The notes below the pieces were generated by a model. It saw only the letters and a list, made by a program, of their open reading frames with translations. It did no database searches and was not told the DNA's origin. Shown one piece after another: positions 45,531 through 54,373 of a stretch of DNA of 64,000 nt; the stretch's first letter is position 1, and each line of letters begins with the position of its first letter. The stretch covers positions 3,330 through 67,329 of the forward strand of contig CAZNZQ010000003.1 of the NCBI GenBank assembly GCA_964577675.1. The letters run 5' to 3'. A program made the position numbers and the translations under genes. Source of the stretch: an uncultured Candidatus Saccharibacteria bacterium (lineage in GTDB: Bacteria > Patescibacteriota > Minisyncoccia > Phycocordibacterales > UBA5272).

Positions 45531-46991
45531 ATGTCTTCAATTTTAAAAAACAATGCTTACCACATTCTAGGACTAGAAACCTCTGCTAGCGAAAAGGATA
45601 TCCTGAAACGTTCAAAAGAAATGATTAACCGTCTTAAGGTTGATGATATTCCTGAATACGATTTAGATTTTAATTCATTGGAAAAACTTCGTACAGAAGA
45701 TGGAGTAAAAGATGCCTTAAGAAGACTTCAAGCTCCAAAAAAGAAGATCGAGGAATATTTCTTTTGGTTTCAAATAGCAGACGGAATAGACGAACAAGCA
45801 TTGGATTTTATTAAGCTTAAAAAATATACAGAGGCTATTGATACTTGGGAAAATGTGTCTAACGGTCAAAGTACAAAAGCATTTTTCTATAAAAAGAATC
45901 TTGCGGTTCTCTACTGCTTATTACTTTCTAATGAAGATAATACTGCTTATTTTCATAGCTCATTAGTTATATGGAAAGAACTAGTAGAATCAGAAAAATT
46001 CTGGGCTTCTTTTTCAAAAGTTTATAAACTGCATGATGAGCAAACAGCTAGTGAAGATATTATTAATGACTTCAAAAAACATATAGTAAAATCTCTTGCT
46101 GATATGTATACGGAGTTACATCATGCTCATAAAAATAATGATTACATCAGTGAGTTTCAGAAAGTTTTTTCAATAAAAGGAGGTAAGGCTGAGGAAAGTG
46201 TCTTGGGTCCAGTTTACCAAATAATTAATGATTCAACAGAGAAGCTAGAAAAACTGAAAGTCAGTGAAGATGGGATTCTTGACGCAGAAGAGAAGAAAAT
46301 TATAAAAGAGTCTATTAGGTTGATTCGACAAGAATTAAATAAATTAATTGACCTTGGTTTATATGAAGATAGTCAAACAAAAGTTATACGAGATAGAGTG
46401 GCAGATGTTTTAAGAAGTCTTAGTATCGACTTGCATAATAATTTAAATGAAACTGAGGTTGCATTAGGTCTCGCTAAAATAGCTGAAGAAATTTCAGGTA
46501 CAGGAGACTCTAAAAGTAAGATACAGGCTGATATTGCTACTTTACAGGGAAATCTTGAATATATAGCTAAAGAAGGTAATTTTAATAAAATTGTTGATCC
46601 AATTATGGCTGACATTAAGTCAGGTAATTCAGATAAGGCTATAGCTAAGATTAATGAATATATTTATAAAGCTGATACAGATCAAGAGTTAAAGAAAATT
46701 TTAACAGAAGTAAAAAGTACTCTAGAAGAACGAATAGTACAGCATGGTAAACCAATTAGCAGTGCCCCTTCTATGTTTTCTATTAATGGTGTTGGTACAA
46801 AGGTTTATGGAGATACCTTGTACTTCGTAGTATTGTTTATTCCTCTTTGCCCAATTTCAAGATATTCACTAACTAATAACAAAGATGGGAGTTTTAATTT
46901 TCATGGAAAACTTGAATTAAAACAATGGCAGACTTATTGGAAGTATTGTTTTATTGGTGTGATTATAATTTGGGTTCTATCTTCTCTTTAA
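45531..46991 (+). CDS. J-domain-like (no HPD) helical/TPR-like protein with C-terminal membrane segments
   Basis: NAYHILGL...AS..DI.KR start; helical body; hydrophobic C-terminus. Confidence 0.6.
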   Translation: MSSILKNNAYHILGLETSASEKDILKRSKEMINRLKVDDIPEYDLDFNSLEKLRTEDGVKDALRRLQAPKKKIEEYFFWFQIADGIDEQALDFIKLKKYTEAIDTWENVSNGQSTKAFFYKKNLAVLYCLLLSNEDNTAYFHSSLVIWKELVESEKFWASFSKVYKLHDEQTASEDIINDFKKHIVKSLADMYTELHHAHKNNDYISEFQKVFSIKGGKAEESVLGPVYQIINDSTEKLEKLKVSEDGILDAEEKKIIKESIRLIRQELNKLIDLGLYEDSQTKVIRDRVADVLRSLSIDLHNNLNETEVALGLAKIAEEISGTGDSKSKIQADIATLQGNLEYIAKEGNFNKIVDPIMADIKSGNSDKAIAKINEYIYKADTDQELKKILTEVKSTLEERIVQHGKPISSAPSMFSINGVGTKVYGDTLYFVVLFIPLCPISRYSLTNNKDGSFNFHGKLELKQWQTYWKYCFIGVIIIWVLSSL

Positions 46992-46995
46992 AAAT

Positions 46996-47592
46996 ATGTC
47001 AGAACATTTAAATTTTGAAACAGACTTTTTGGATAAAAGCTCTCCTGTAAAAAAGAATCACCCTCAGAAAACCCACACTCCTGATAAGGAGAGTACGGGT
47101 TCATATAATTGGAAAAAGATTTTATGGATTGGAGGAGGAGTGTTATTCTTTATTTTTATAATTGCTTCTGACGATGGTAGTTCAAGTAGCACACCTGCTG
47201 CTTCTAATTCAAATAGTTATAAACCAACATCTAATCTAAATTCCTCTGATGAAGTTGCTACAGGTCAGTATATTTGTTCACGTTCCAACCATACACGAGC
47301 CGGTGAGCTTGAACCGAGTGAGTTTGAAAAAAATAGCTTAGAATCTGAAAAGAATCAACTCTCATCTGAGACTGATAGTTTATCATCAGAAAAAAGCCAA
47401 TTAGAAAATGAGTATGTAGACGAATCAGACCAGTCTGCAATTGATACCCATAATTCAGCTATAGACGATTTAAATAGTAGACTGTCTTCTTACCGTGCTA
47501 GACGTTCACAATATTCTGCTTCTATTGATGCTTATAATGCTAAAGTTGATACATATAATAGCTTTTTAACTCAGAACTGTAGACCAAAATAA
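46996..47592 (+). CDS. single-TM protein with Ser-rich linker and Cys-bracketed coiled coil
   Basis: TM ILWIGGGVLFFIFIIA; heptad-rich C-terminus. Confidence 0.7.
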   Translation: MSEHLNFETDFLDKSSPVKKNHPQKTHTPDKESTGSYNWKKILWIGGGVLFFIFIIASDDGSSSSTPAASNSNSYKPTSNLNSSDEVATGQYICSRSNHTRAGELEPSEFEKNSLESEKNQLSSETDSLSSEKSQLENEYVDESDQSAIDTHNSAIDDLNSRLSSYRARRSQYSASIDAYNAKVDTYNSFLTQNCRPK

Positions 47593-47598
47593 TTTACC

Positions 47599-48678
47599 AT
47601 GACAACACCAACAAAACCAATTCTTCATAATGGATTTAAAGTACAAAATGATATTGTAGTTAAAAGTAGAATTGAACGTATATTCTTCACTGAAGTGTAT
47701 CTACTTTCTAATGAGAAGTTTTTATATATTTTTACTAATCTTAATCCAGAAGAAATTGTAGATCGAGGAGAGAAATATAATTTAATTACTATTGATATAG
47801 TTGGTAAAAGATACTTAGGTGTAATGACTGATAGTCATTCTAATGAAAATATTAGCGATATAGTAGACGATCTTACAGTACTACGTGGACTTGATTGTGT
47901 TGCAGGTATGAAGCCTCTTAAGGATTTACTCTTTAACGAGGTAATCGGTCCTTTGCTTAACCCAGAAAAGTATCAAAAGTTTAAAGTTGGAATACCAAAC
48001 GGAATACTTCTTTTTGGTCCTCCTGGATGCGGTAAGACGTTCATTGTTAAAAAATTAGCTGAGGAACTTGGCTATAATTTTATTGAAATGGCACCATCAT
48101 CTGTTGCTACTTCCTATGTACATGGAGCGGTTGGTAATATAGGTAAAGTCTTTGAGATGGCAAGACTTCAAGCACCGTCAATAGTTTTTATCGATGAAAT
48201 AGAAGGACTTGTTCCAAAAAGAGAAGACCTTGGGTCTCATGCTGATACTAAAAAGGAGGAGATAAATGAATTTCTTATTCAACTAAATAATGCAGGTCAA
48301 AATAAAATCTTAGTAGTTGGGGCAACGAACAGACCACATATGATTGACACGGCCATACTTCGTGCAGGAAGAATGGATAAAAGAGTGTATGTTGGTGCAC
48401 CAGACTTTGAAGCAAGAAGAGATATGTTTAAAATATGTCTCTCGGGTCGTCCGTACGATAAGAATATTGATTTTGAGAAGCTTTCCCACATGTCAGAGAA
48501 CTATGTTGGCTCAGACATCGAACTAATCGTTACAGAGGCTTCTAGGGCAGCTATAACTCAAGACAAGAATATGGTTGATGAGGAAATGCTGGTTAATGCA
48601 ATTAAGAAGTTTAATCCTTCAATCACATCTGAAGAAATTAAATACTATACACAGTTCTCTGATCTAGAAAGATCATAA
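47599..48678 (+). CDS. classical-clade AAA+ ATPase (Cdc48/SpoVK-like)
   Basis: GPPGCGKT, FIDEIE, GATNRP..ID.AILRAGRMD, Y.GSDI. Confidence 0.92.
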   Translation: MTTPTKPILHNGFKVQNDIVVKSRIERIFFTEVYLLSNEKFLYIFTNLNPEEIVDRGEKYNLITIDIVGKRYLGVMTDSHSNENISDIVDDLTVLRGLDCVAGMKPLKDLLFNEVIGPLLNPEKYQKFKVGIPNGILLFGPPGCGKTFIVKKLAEELGYNFIEMAPSSVATSYVHGAVGNIGKVFEMARLQAPSIVFIDEIEGLVPKREDLGSHADTKKEEINEFLIQLNNAGQNKILVVGATNRPHMIDTAILRAGRMDKRVYVGAPDFEARRDMFKICLSGRPYDKNIDFEKLSHMSENYVGSDIELIVTEASRAAITQDKNMVDEEMLVNAIKKFNPSITSEEIKYYTQFSDLERS

Positions 48679-48691
48679 TTACATAACTACA

Positions 48692-49006
48692 ATGATTACC
48701 ACCGAACAATCACATTATAGAGTCCTCTTTTCTAAAATAGCTACCATAGCATTGATGATAGCAGTTATACCAATCTGGCCGTACTTTTTTTATCAGTTCC
48801 TTAAAATTGCAATATTTGGAGCATCGGCATTTTCTGTGTACTTGTATCATAAAGAGAAAAATACAAAATGGATGATGATAATGATTGTTATTGCTATCAT
48901 CTTTAATCCAATTAACCCTCTTTATTTTGGTCACTTCCTCTGGTCAATTGTTGATATTGTTGTTGCTATTCTTTTCTTTAAATCACCCAAACCACATCAT
49001 CACTAA
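48692..49006 (+). CDS. small multi-TM protein (DUF6804-like)
   Basis: PYFFYQFLK, IIFNP..P, W..VD pattern. Confidence 0.65.
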   Translation: MITTEQSHYRVLFSKIATIALMIAVIPIWPYFFYQFLKIAIFGASAFSVYLYHKEKNTKWMMIMIVIAIIFNPINPLYFGHFLWSIVDIVVAILFFKSPKPHHH

Positions 49007-49030
49007 GGTGACTCTTAATCATCTTCATAT

Positions 49031-49438
49031 ATGTACAGTTATTTACGCAAACGCTTCTTAATGAATGGAAATGAATATAAGTTCTATAAAAAGTTAGACT
49101 CAGCTGTTGGTCTTGAATATAAAATATTACCACAAGTGCATTTTGATGAACTAGTAACTCCAACTAAAGTTTCAGGAGACCGTATTTTTTCTTTTCGACA
49201 CATAAACCAAAAATCAGTTGATTTTGTAGTGTGTAATAAAACCACTTTAGTCCCGCTAGTAGCTATTGAACTTGATGGAAAATCACACTTAAAACAAATG
49301 ACAAAAGACAGGGATGTGGAAGTTGAAAGAATACTAAAAGAGGTAAATTTACCCTTACTTCGTTTTGATAACAATAATGATATGGATATCGTTGGAATTA
49401 GAGAAATAATAAACAAGACCGTATCTTTAAAAGTCTAG
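49031..49438 (+). CDS. DUF2726 domain protein (restriction-endonuclease-like fold)
   Basis: E..FY..L, PQV, KSVDFVV, AIELDG.SH, RD...L....LPLLRF. Confidence 0.85.
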   Translation: MYSYLRKRFLMNGNEYKFYKKLDSAVGLEYKILPQVHFDELVTPTKVSGDRIFSFRHINQKSVDFVVCNKTTLVPLVAIELDGKSHLKQMTKDRDVEVERILKEVNLPLLRFDNNNDMDIVGIREIINKTVSLKV

Positions 49439-49442
49439 AAAA

Positions 49443-49483
49443 TAGATAAAAACCTATAGCAGAATGCTATAGGTTTTTATCTA
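49443..49483. terminator. bidirectional terminator at element right end
   Basis: TAGATAAAAACCTATAGCA-gaa-TGCTATAGGTTTTTATCTA. Confidence 0.85.
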
Positions 49484-49490
49484 CAACCAC

Positions 49491-49502
49491 AGCCTTCTCG
49501 TG
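49491..49502 (+). repeat. right att core (AGCCTTCTCGTG)
   Basis: identical to 29466-29477; 14 bp beyond tRNA-Glu 3' end. Confidence 0.75.
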
Positions 49503-49516
49503 CGCGCTGTTGACGG

Positions 49517-49588
49517 TGACCCCACGGAGAGTCGAACTCCGCTTACCGGCATGAAAAGCCGATGTCCTAACCGATAGACGATGGGGCC
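49517..49588 (-). tRNA. tRNA-Glu(TTC)
   Basis: GGCCCCATCGTCTATCGGTTAGGAC...TTTTCAT...GTTCGACTC...GGGGTCA cloverleaf; CCA not encoded. Confidence 0.95.
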
Positions 49589-49702
49589 GTCTTTACCAGA
49601 ATACACCAGAATGATGTGTCCAGTGCAGAAAATACTACCACAAAATGTCAGTGTTTTCAATATCACCATATTCCAATAAGTATGATATAGTTTTCTTTAT
49701 AA

Positions 49703-49775
49703 GGGCGGTTAGCTCAGTTGGTAGAGCGCCACATTGACGTTGTGGATGTCAGAGGTTCGACTCCTCTATCGCCCA
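49703..49775 (+). tRNA. tRNA-Val(GAC)
   Basis: GGGCGGTTAGCTCAGTTGGTAGAGC, CCACA-TTGACGT-TGTGG, GGTTCGACTCC; CCA not encoded. Confidence 0.96.
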
Positions 49776-49823
49776 CCGAAAAATAATGAACCAGAAGTAA
49801 GACTTCTGGGGATTTATTTTTAT

Positions 49824-49842
49824 GGCGATAGAGCAGTCGAAC
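49824..49842 (-). repeat. inverted copy of tRNA-Val 3' half
   Basis: 18/19 reverse-complement match to 49755-49773. Confidence 0.75.
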
Positions 49843-49967
49843 TGAGATGCTAACAAAGTCCATTTTGTAATCAAAATAGGTAGCATCGAAGCGGGGTCGC
49901 GAAATAAAGAGCGAAGCTGCTATAATTTGGTGACTGACTCCTAAGCGTGGGTATATACTCCTATTAT

Positions 49968-50405
49968 ATGGAACCATATATAACTTTTACAGGGATACTA
50001 TTAGCAACATGTGCAGCATATGTGCTCGGCGCACTCTGGTATTCTCCACTTTTATTCATGAACCTCTGGCTTAAAGGAAAGGGTATTACAGCTGAGGATG
50101 CCCCTAAGCGTTCCAAGCTCTACATGGCTACGACAACGAGCTACGCTTTCGTCGCTCATGCTTGTATCGCTACGGTTCTCGCAGTTGTCTTAGAGATAAC
50201 ACAACCAGAAACGTTAAAGGTGACACTTAGTCTCTCGGCGCTCCTTGCTGTCGGTTTTATGGTGAGTGCGCGTTTTATTGATATGGTCTACACGGTTGAA
50301 GGGAAGCACTATGACCTAAAGAATCAGATTAACTTCGCTGTCACCTCGCTCTACTACGTGGCCATCGTACTTCTCATGGCTGTCGTGCTTTTTTCTCTAC
50401 GATAA
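49968..50405 (+). CDS. DUF1761-like membrane protein
   Basis: LGALWYSP.LF...W motif; 4 TM. Confidence 0.8.
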   Translation: MEPYITFTGILLATCAAYVLGALWYSPLLFMNLWLKGKGITAEDAPKRSKLYMATTTSYAFVAHACIATVLAVVLEITQPETLKVTLSLSALLAVGFMVSARFIDMVYTVEGKHYDLKNQINFAVTSLYYVAIVLLMAVVLFSLR

Positions 50406-50488
50406 AAGAAGCTTGTTTGTGTATAGCTCTATTAGAATTTTCCTTAGTATTGATATACACTTAGGGTGTATTTACTGTATGTAGCAAC

Positions 50489-50863
50489 ATGAAAGAAACG
50501 GAACAAAAAAGAATTTTAATTATCGAAGATGAAAAACCTCTCGCACACGCCTTACAGCTCAAACTTGAACACGAAGGCTTTTCTGTTGTTGCTCTCGGTA
50601 GTGGGCAAGAAGCGTGTGACATTCTCTCAAAAGAAAAGTTCGACGCAGTGCTCACTGACCTTATCATCCCCGGTGTTGATGGGTTCAGTATTCTTACTCT
50701 CATTAAAGACAAGAAGATGAAAATACCAGTTATTGTCATGACTAATCTCAATCAAGAGGAAGACAAGAAGAAGGTCTTCGACCTTGGTGCGTCAGACTAC
50801 TTTGTTAAGTCGAGTATTTCTATTAGCGATATTGTCGCAAAAGTAAAAGAGAAGGCTTCATGA
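50489..50863 (+). CDS. single-domain response regulator (receiver)
   Basis: ILIIEDE, TDLIIPGVDG, MTN, GASDYFVK. Confidence 0.92.
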   Translation: MKETEQKRILIIEDEKPLAHALQLKLEHEGFSVVALGSGQEACDILSKEKFDAVLTDLIIPGVDGFSILTLIKDKKMKIPVIVMTNLNQEEDKKKVFDLGASDYFVKSSISISDIVAKVKEKAS

Positions 50864-50889
50864 TTATCTAGTTGCAATTTACTATACCT

Positions 50890-52599
50890 ATGATCGTTGA
50901 CAACCAAAATATAAAAGAGATTCTCATACAAGGAAACTACATCAGCGAGGAAGACGCTAAGCGGGCTGAAGACCTGGCTAAGAAGGGGGTAATTTCTTTT
51001 GTTGATGCGCTTTTGCGTGACGGTGTGGTCAATAGCGACATTGTTGGTCAGGCGATAGCAGAGAGCTTTAAGGTGCCATACGCAGACCTGAACTCAGCAG
51101 CTATCACCGCTGAACAAATCCGTATTATCCCAGAAGAGGTGGCTAAGAGACTGCGTGTTGTGTTGTTCGATAACAACGATGAGAAAGAGGTAATTATCAC
51201 AACAGATAACCCTCAGCTAGAAGGACTTGAAAAGGAGCTCAAGGAATTATTCAAGGGGAGGAAAATAAACATCTCTTACTCTCTCTCTGATGACATTAAC
51301 AGCTTCTTCGTTCACTACCAAAAGCCACTCGATACTCGCTTTCAAAAAATTATTGAAGAGAGTGATAGAGTCGCCCCAGAAATCCTCGAAGAAATCTTTG
51401 ATGATGCTCTTACATATAAAGCGTCTGATATTCACTTTGAACCACAGGCAAAGATCGTGGTGATTCGTTTCCGCGTGGACGGAGTACTCCACGAAGCGGG
51501 GAATCTTCCAAAAGAAAACTATGAAAACGTTCTTAACCGTATCAAGGTAAAGAGTGCTCTTCGTATTGATGAACATTATGCAGCCCAAGATGGGTCACTC
51601 CACTATGACAGCAAGCTTGGTATATCAGTGGACATGCGTACATCAATCGTGCCTATAGTGGAAGGTGAGAAGGTGGTACTCCGTATCCTTGGTTCATATG
51701 TACAAGGACTTACCTTTAACGACCTCGGTCTCTCTAAGAAGAATCAAGAGCTGTTGCGTGAGGCATCAGAAAAGCCGTTCGGGATGATTCTCGTCGTTGG
51801 TCCAACTGGGTCAGGTAAAACAACTACCCTCTACTCACTTCTTAAGATGCTTAACACGCCAGATACGAACATCACAACTGTAGAAGACCCAGTGGAATAT
51901 AAAGTGCAAGGACTTAACCAGATACAGGTAACCCAAGCAACCGGGCTCACGTTTGCGCGTGGACTACGAGCGATTGTGCGACAAGACCCCGATATTATTC
52001 TCGTAGGTGAAATCCGTGACCTTGAGACTGCAGAAATTTCTGTAAACGCCGCTCTTACGGGGCACATGCTTCTGTCAACGTTCCACGCTAATGACGCAGC
52101 AACTGCGGTTCCTCGACTTCTCGACATGGGAATAGAGCCGTTCCTGCTTTCTTCTACGCTTAACGTTATTGTGGCGCAGCGACTAGTGCGAAAGATATGT
52201 GAGCACTGTAAGGTGAGCGTGGTAAAGAATGCTTCTGATTTTGATACTCCACAATTACAGGGTGTGGCAAGGCACCTAGGGAATAAAGCTATAACGTTAT
52301 ATGAAGGTAAAAAATGTGAAGCCTGCGGCTTCACTGGGTACAAGGGAAGAACTTCTATTTACGAGGTTATTAAGATTACACCCAACCTTCAAGAACTCAT
52401 TATTAAACACCCGTCTGCCCAAGAGATATGGGAGCTCGCGCGAAAGGAGGGTGCAACATCGGTGTTTGATGACGGGCTAGAAAAGGTGAAGAATGGTGTT
52501 ACCTCTATCGAAGAGCTGGTACGTATTGCACCCCCACCTGATAAGGTGTCAGATGACAAGGAAGAAACTAAGTCAAAGTCAAAGAAAGCTTCAAAATAA
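50890..52599 (+). CDS. pilB: type IV pilus assembly ATPase (PilB/GspE)
   Basis: ASDIHFEP, RVDG, GPTGSGKTTTLY, EDPVE, RQDPD...GEIRD, TGH..LSTFH, Zn CxxC pairs. Confidence 0.93.
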   Translation: MIVDNQNIKEILIQGNYISEEDAKRAEDLAKKGVISFVDALLRDGVVNSDIVGQAIAESFKVPYADLNSAAITAEQIRIIPEEVAKRLRVVLFDNNDEKEVIITTDNPQLEGLEKELKELFKGRKINISYSLSDDINSFFVHYQKPLDTRFQKIIEESDRVAPEILEEIFDDALTYKASDIHFEPQAKIVVIRFRVDGVLHEAGNLPKENYENVLNRIKVKSALRIDEHYAAQDGSLHYDSKLGISVDMRTSIVPIVEGEKVVLRILGSYVQGLTFNDLGLSKKNQELLREASEKPFGMILVVGPTGSGKTTTLYSLLKMLNTPDTNITTVEDPVEYKVQGLNQIQVTQATGLTFARGLRAIVRQDPDIILVGEIRDLETAEISVNAALTGHMLLSTFHANDAATAVPRLLDMGIEPFLLSSTLNVIVAQRLVRKICEHCKVSVVKNASDFDTPQLQGVARHLGNKAITLYEGKKCEACGFTGYKGRTSIYEVIKITPNLQELIIKHPSAQEIWELARKEGATSVFDDGLEKVKNGVTSIEELVRIAPPPDKVSDDKEETKSKSKKASK

Positions 52600-52603
52600 G
52601 TCT

Positions 52604-53932
52604 ATGCCTAAGACAACAGTATCTAAAAAAAATACCCAAGAAGAAAAGCTTAAGAAGAAGGGTGTTAAGAGTGCGGCACAGGAAGAAAAAAAAGAGGTTG
52701 CAGAAGTGACAGAAGTAGAAGATAAGACGAAAGAAAATACAGAGGAAAAGAAAGAAGAGAAAAAGGAAGAGAAAAAGGAGAAGCAAAGGGGGTCACTACA
52801 AGCGCCCATTATTTCTGAACCGGTAAAAGCTACTCCGATAGAAAGAAAAAAGGTAGAACGAAAAGCTATCTCAACATTTGGGCTCTCTAAAGAGCGCGAC
52901 CATTTCATCGAGAACTTGAGCATGCTTGTGCTTTCTGGCATGACGATTACCGAAGCACTCCGTTCTGTAGTAAAGGAGACTAAAGATGACAGGATGAAAG
53001 AAATCCTCAATCGTGTGATGGAGGATATCGAAGCAGGGTCACCAATATGGAAAGCTTTTACCGAGACGAAGCTGTTTCGTGGGTACACACTCTCGCTTAT
53101 TCGCCTCGGAGAAGAATCTGGTAAGCTCGCAGACAACTTAAAAGTGATCGCGATGCAGGAAGAAAAAGATAGAGAGTTCAAAGGTAAGGTGAAGTCTGCT
53201 CTCATGTACCCTATATTCGTGCTCTCTCTCACTGCGTTTATCGGTATCGGTATTTCGTGGCTTATTTTGCCGAAGCTTGCAAAGATCTTTACTGATCTTA
53301 AACTAGATCTCCCGCTCATCACTCGGGTGCTTATTAGTTTCGGTGAGTTTCTCAATAAACATGGACTGATAGCTGTCCCGATAGGAATGATGATTGTCGG
53401 AGGAATATTTTATATCGTCTTTGTTTACAAGAAAACGAAGATAATGGGGGAGTATATTATTTTTGCCATCCCGGGGATCAAGACGCTCATGGGGGAAATC
53501 GAAGTAGCTAGGTTCGGGTACCTCTTGGGTACTCTCTTAGACGCAGGTCTCCCGATAACAAGAGCTATCGAATCGCTAGAGAATGCAACAGAAACCGCTA
53601 GGTATAAGAGATTTTATGCGCATCTAAGAGAATCGGTCGATATGGGGAATTCTTTCCAGAAGAGTTTTGAGTCGTATGCAAAAATAAGAAAAATAATACC
53701 ACAGTCTGTAGAGCAGCTCGTGGTCTCGGGCGAACAATCAGGGAATTTAGTGAAGACACTCATGAAGGTAGGACAGGTGTTAGAAGCTAAGTCAGATCAG
53801 ACCACCAAGAACCTGACCATTATTATGGAGCCGATTCTGCTTGTGATCGTGTGGGCAGGTGTTGTCACCGTTGCATTCGCTGTTATCCTTCCAATCTATA
53901 GTCTTGTAGGAGGGCTTAATCAATTCCAATAA
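52604..53932 (+). CDS. pilC: type IV pilus platform protein (PilC/GspF) with Glu/Lys-rich N-terminal extension
   Basis: GEESGKL, ALMYP, GEQSGNL, EP.L, LPIY; start set after pilB stop. Confidence 0.92.
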   Translation: MPKTTVSKKNTQEEKLKKKGVKSAAQEEKKEVAEVTEVEDKTKENTEEKKEEKKEEKKEKQRGSLQAPIISEPVKATPIERKKVERKAISTFGLSKERDHFIENLSMLVLSGMTITEALRSVVKETKDDRMKEILNRVMEDIEAGSPIWKAFTETKLFRGYTLSLIRLGEESGKLADNLKVIAMQEEKDREFKGKVKSALMYPIFVLSLTAFIGIGISWLILPKLAKIFTDLKLDLPLITRVLISFGEFLNKHGLIAVPIGMMIVGGIFYIVFVYKKTKIMGEYIIFAIPGIKTLMGEIEVARFGYLLGTLLDAGLPITRAIESLENATETARYKRFYAHLRESVDMGNSFQKSFESYAKIRKIIPQSVEQLVVSGEQSGNLVKTLMKVGQVLEAKSDQTTKNLTIIMEPILLVIVWAGVVTVAFAVILPIYSLVGGLNQFQ

Positions 53933-53935
53933 CCT

Positions 53936-54373
53936 ATGCGTTCAATAAAAGGCTTCACTATAACAGAAGTACTCCTCTCGGTGGTGCTTCTCAGTATGAT
54001 AGCAGGGATGTCTATCCCGTTGTCTAAAACATATTTAGACAGGAATGAGCTAGACCAAACAACTATGACCCTGGCCCAGACCATGAGACGCGCTCAGTTC
54101 ATGTCTATTGCACAGGATGGGGATAGTGCTTGGGGGGTGAAGGTTAGTACGTCCAGTATACTGCTATTTAAAGGAGCTAGTTACCTCACGAGGGATCAGA
54201 GTTTAGACGAGAGTACTACGCTTGCACCAATACTCGGATTCTCTGGGCTAAGTGAGGTTGTTTTTCAAAAGGGGAGTGGTATTCCATCTACAGCGGGAAC
54301 ATCAACCTTTACTTCTACTAACGACGAAATAAGAAATGTTACTATCAATCAAAAAGGAATGGTCGACTATTAA
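53936..54373 (+). CDS. minor pilin (prepilin N-methylation motif)
   Basis: KGFTITEVLL. Confidence 0.88.
   Translation: MRSIKGFTITEVLLSVVLLSMIAGMSIPLSKTYLDRNELDQTTMTLAQTMRRAQFMSIAQDGDSAWGVKVSTSSILLFKGASYLTRDQSLDESTTLAPILGFSGLSEVVFQKGSGIPSTAGTSTFTSTNDEIRNVTINQKGMVDY

Larger units (their letters stand above)
29466..49502. mobile_element. ~20 kb integrative element / genomic island between rlmH and tRNA-Glu
   Basis: 12-bp direct repeat at both ends; visible AT enrichment; large serine recombinase, terminase and defence genes inside. Confidence 0.85.

Noticed and set aside
52591-53355. 254-aa antisense ORF and the other short overlapping ORFs in the track
   Set aside because: Shadow frames of well-supported genes (here pilC) with no motifs; the ORFs at 49481 and 49714 overlap tRNAs.
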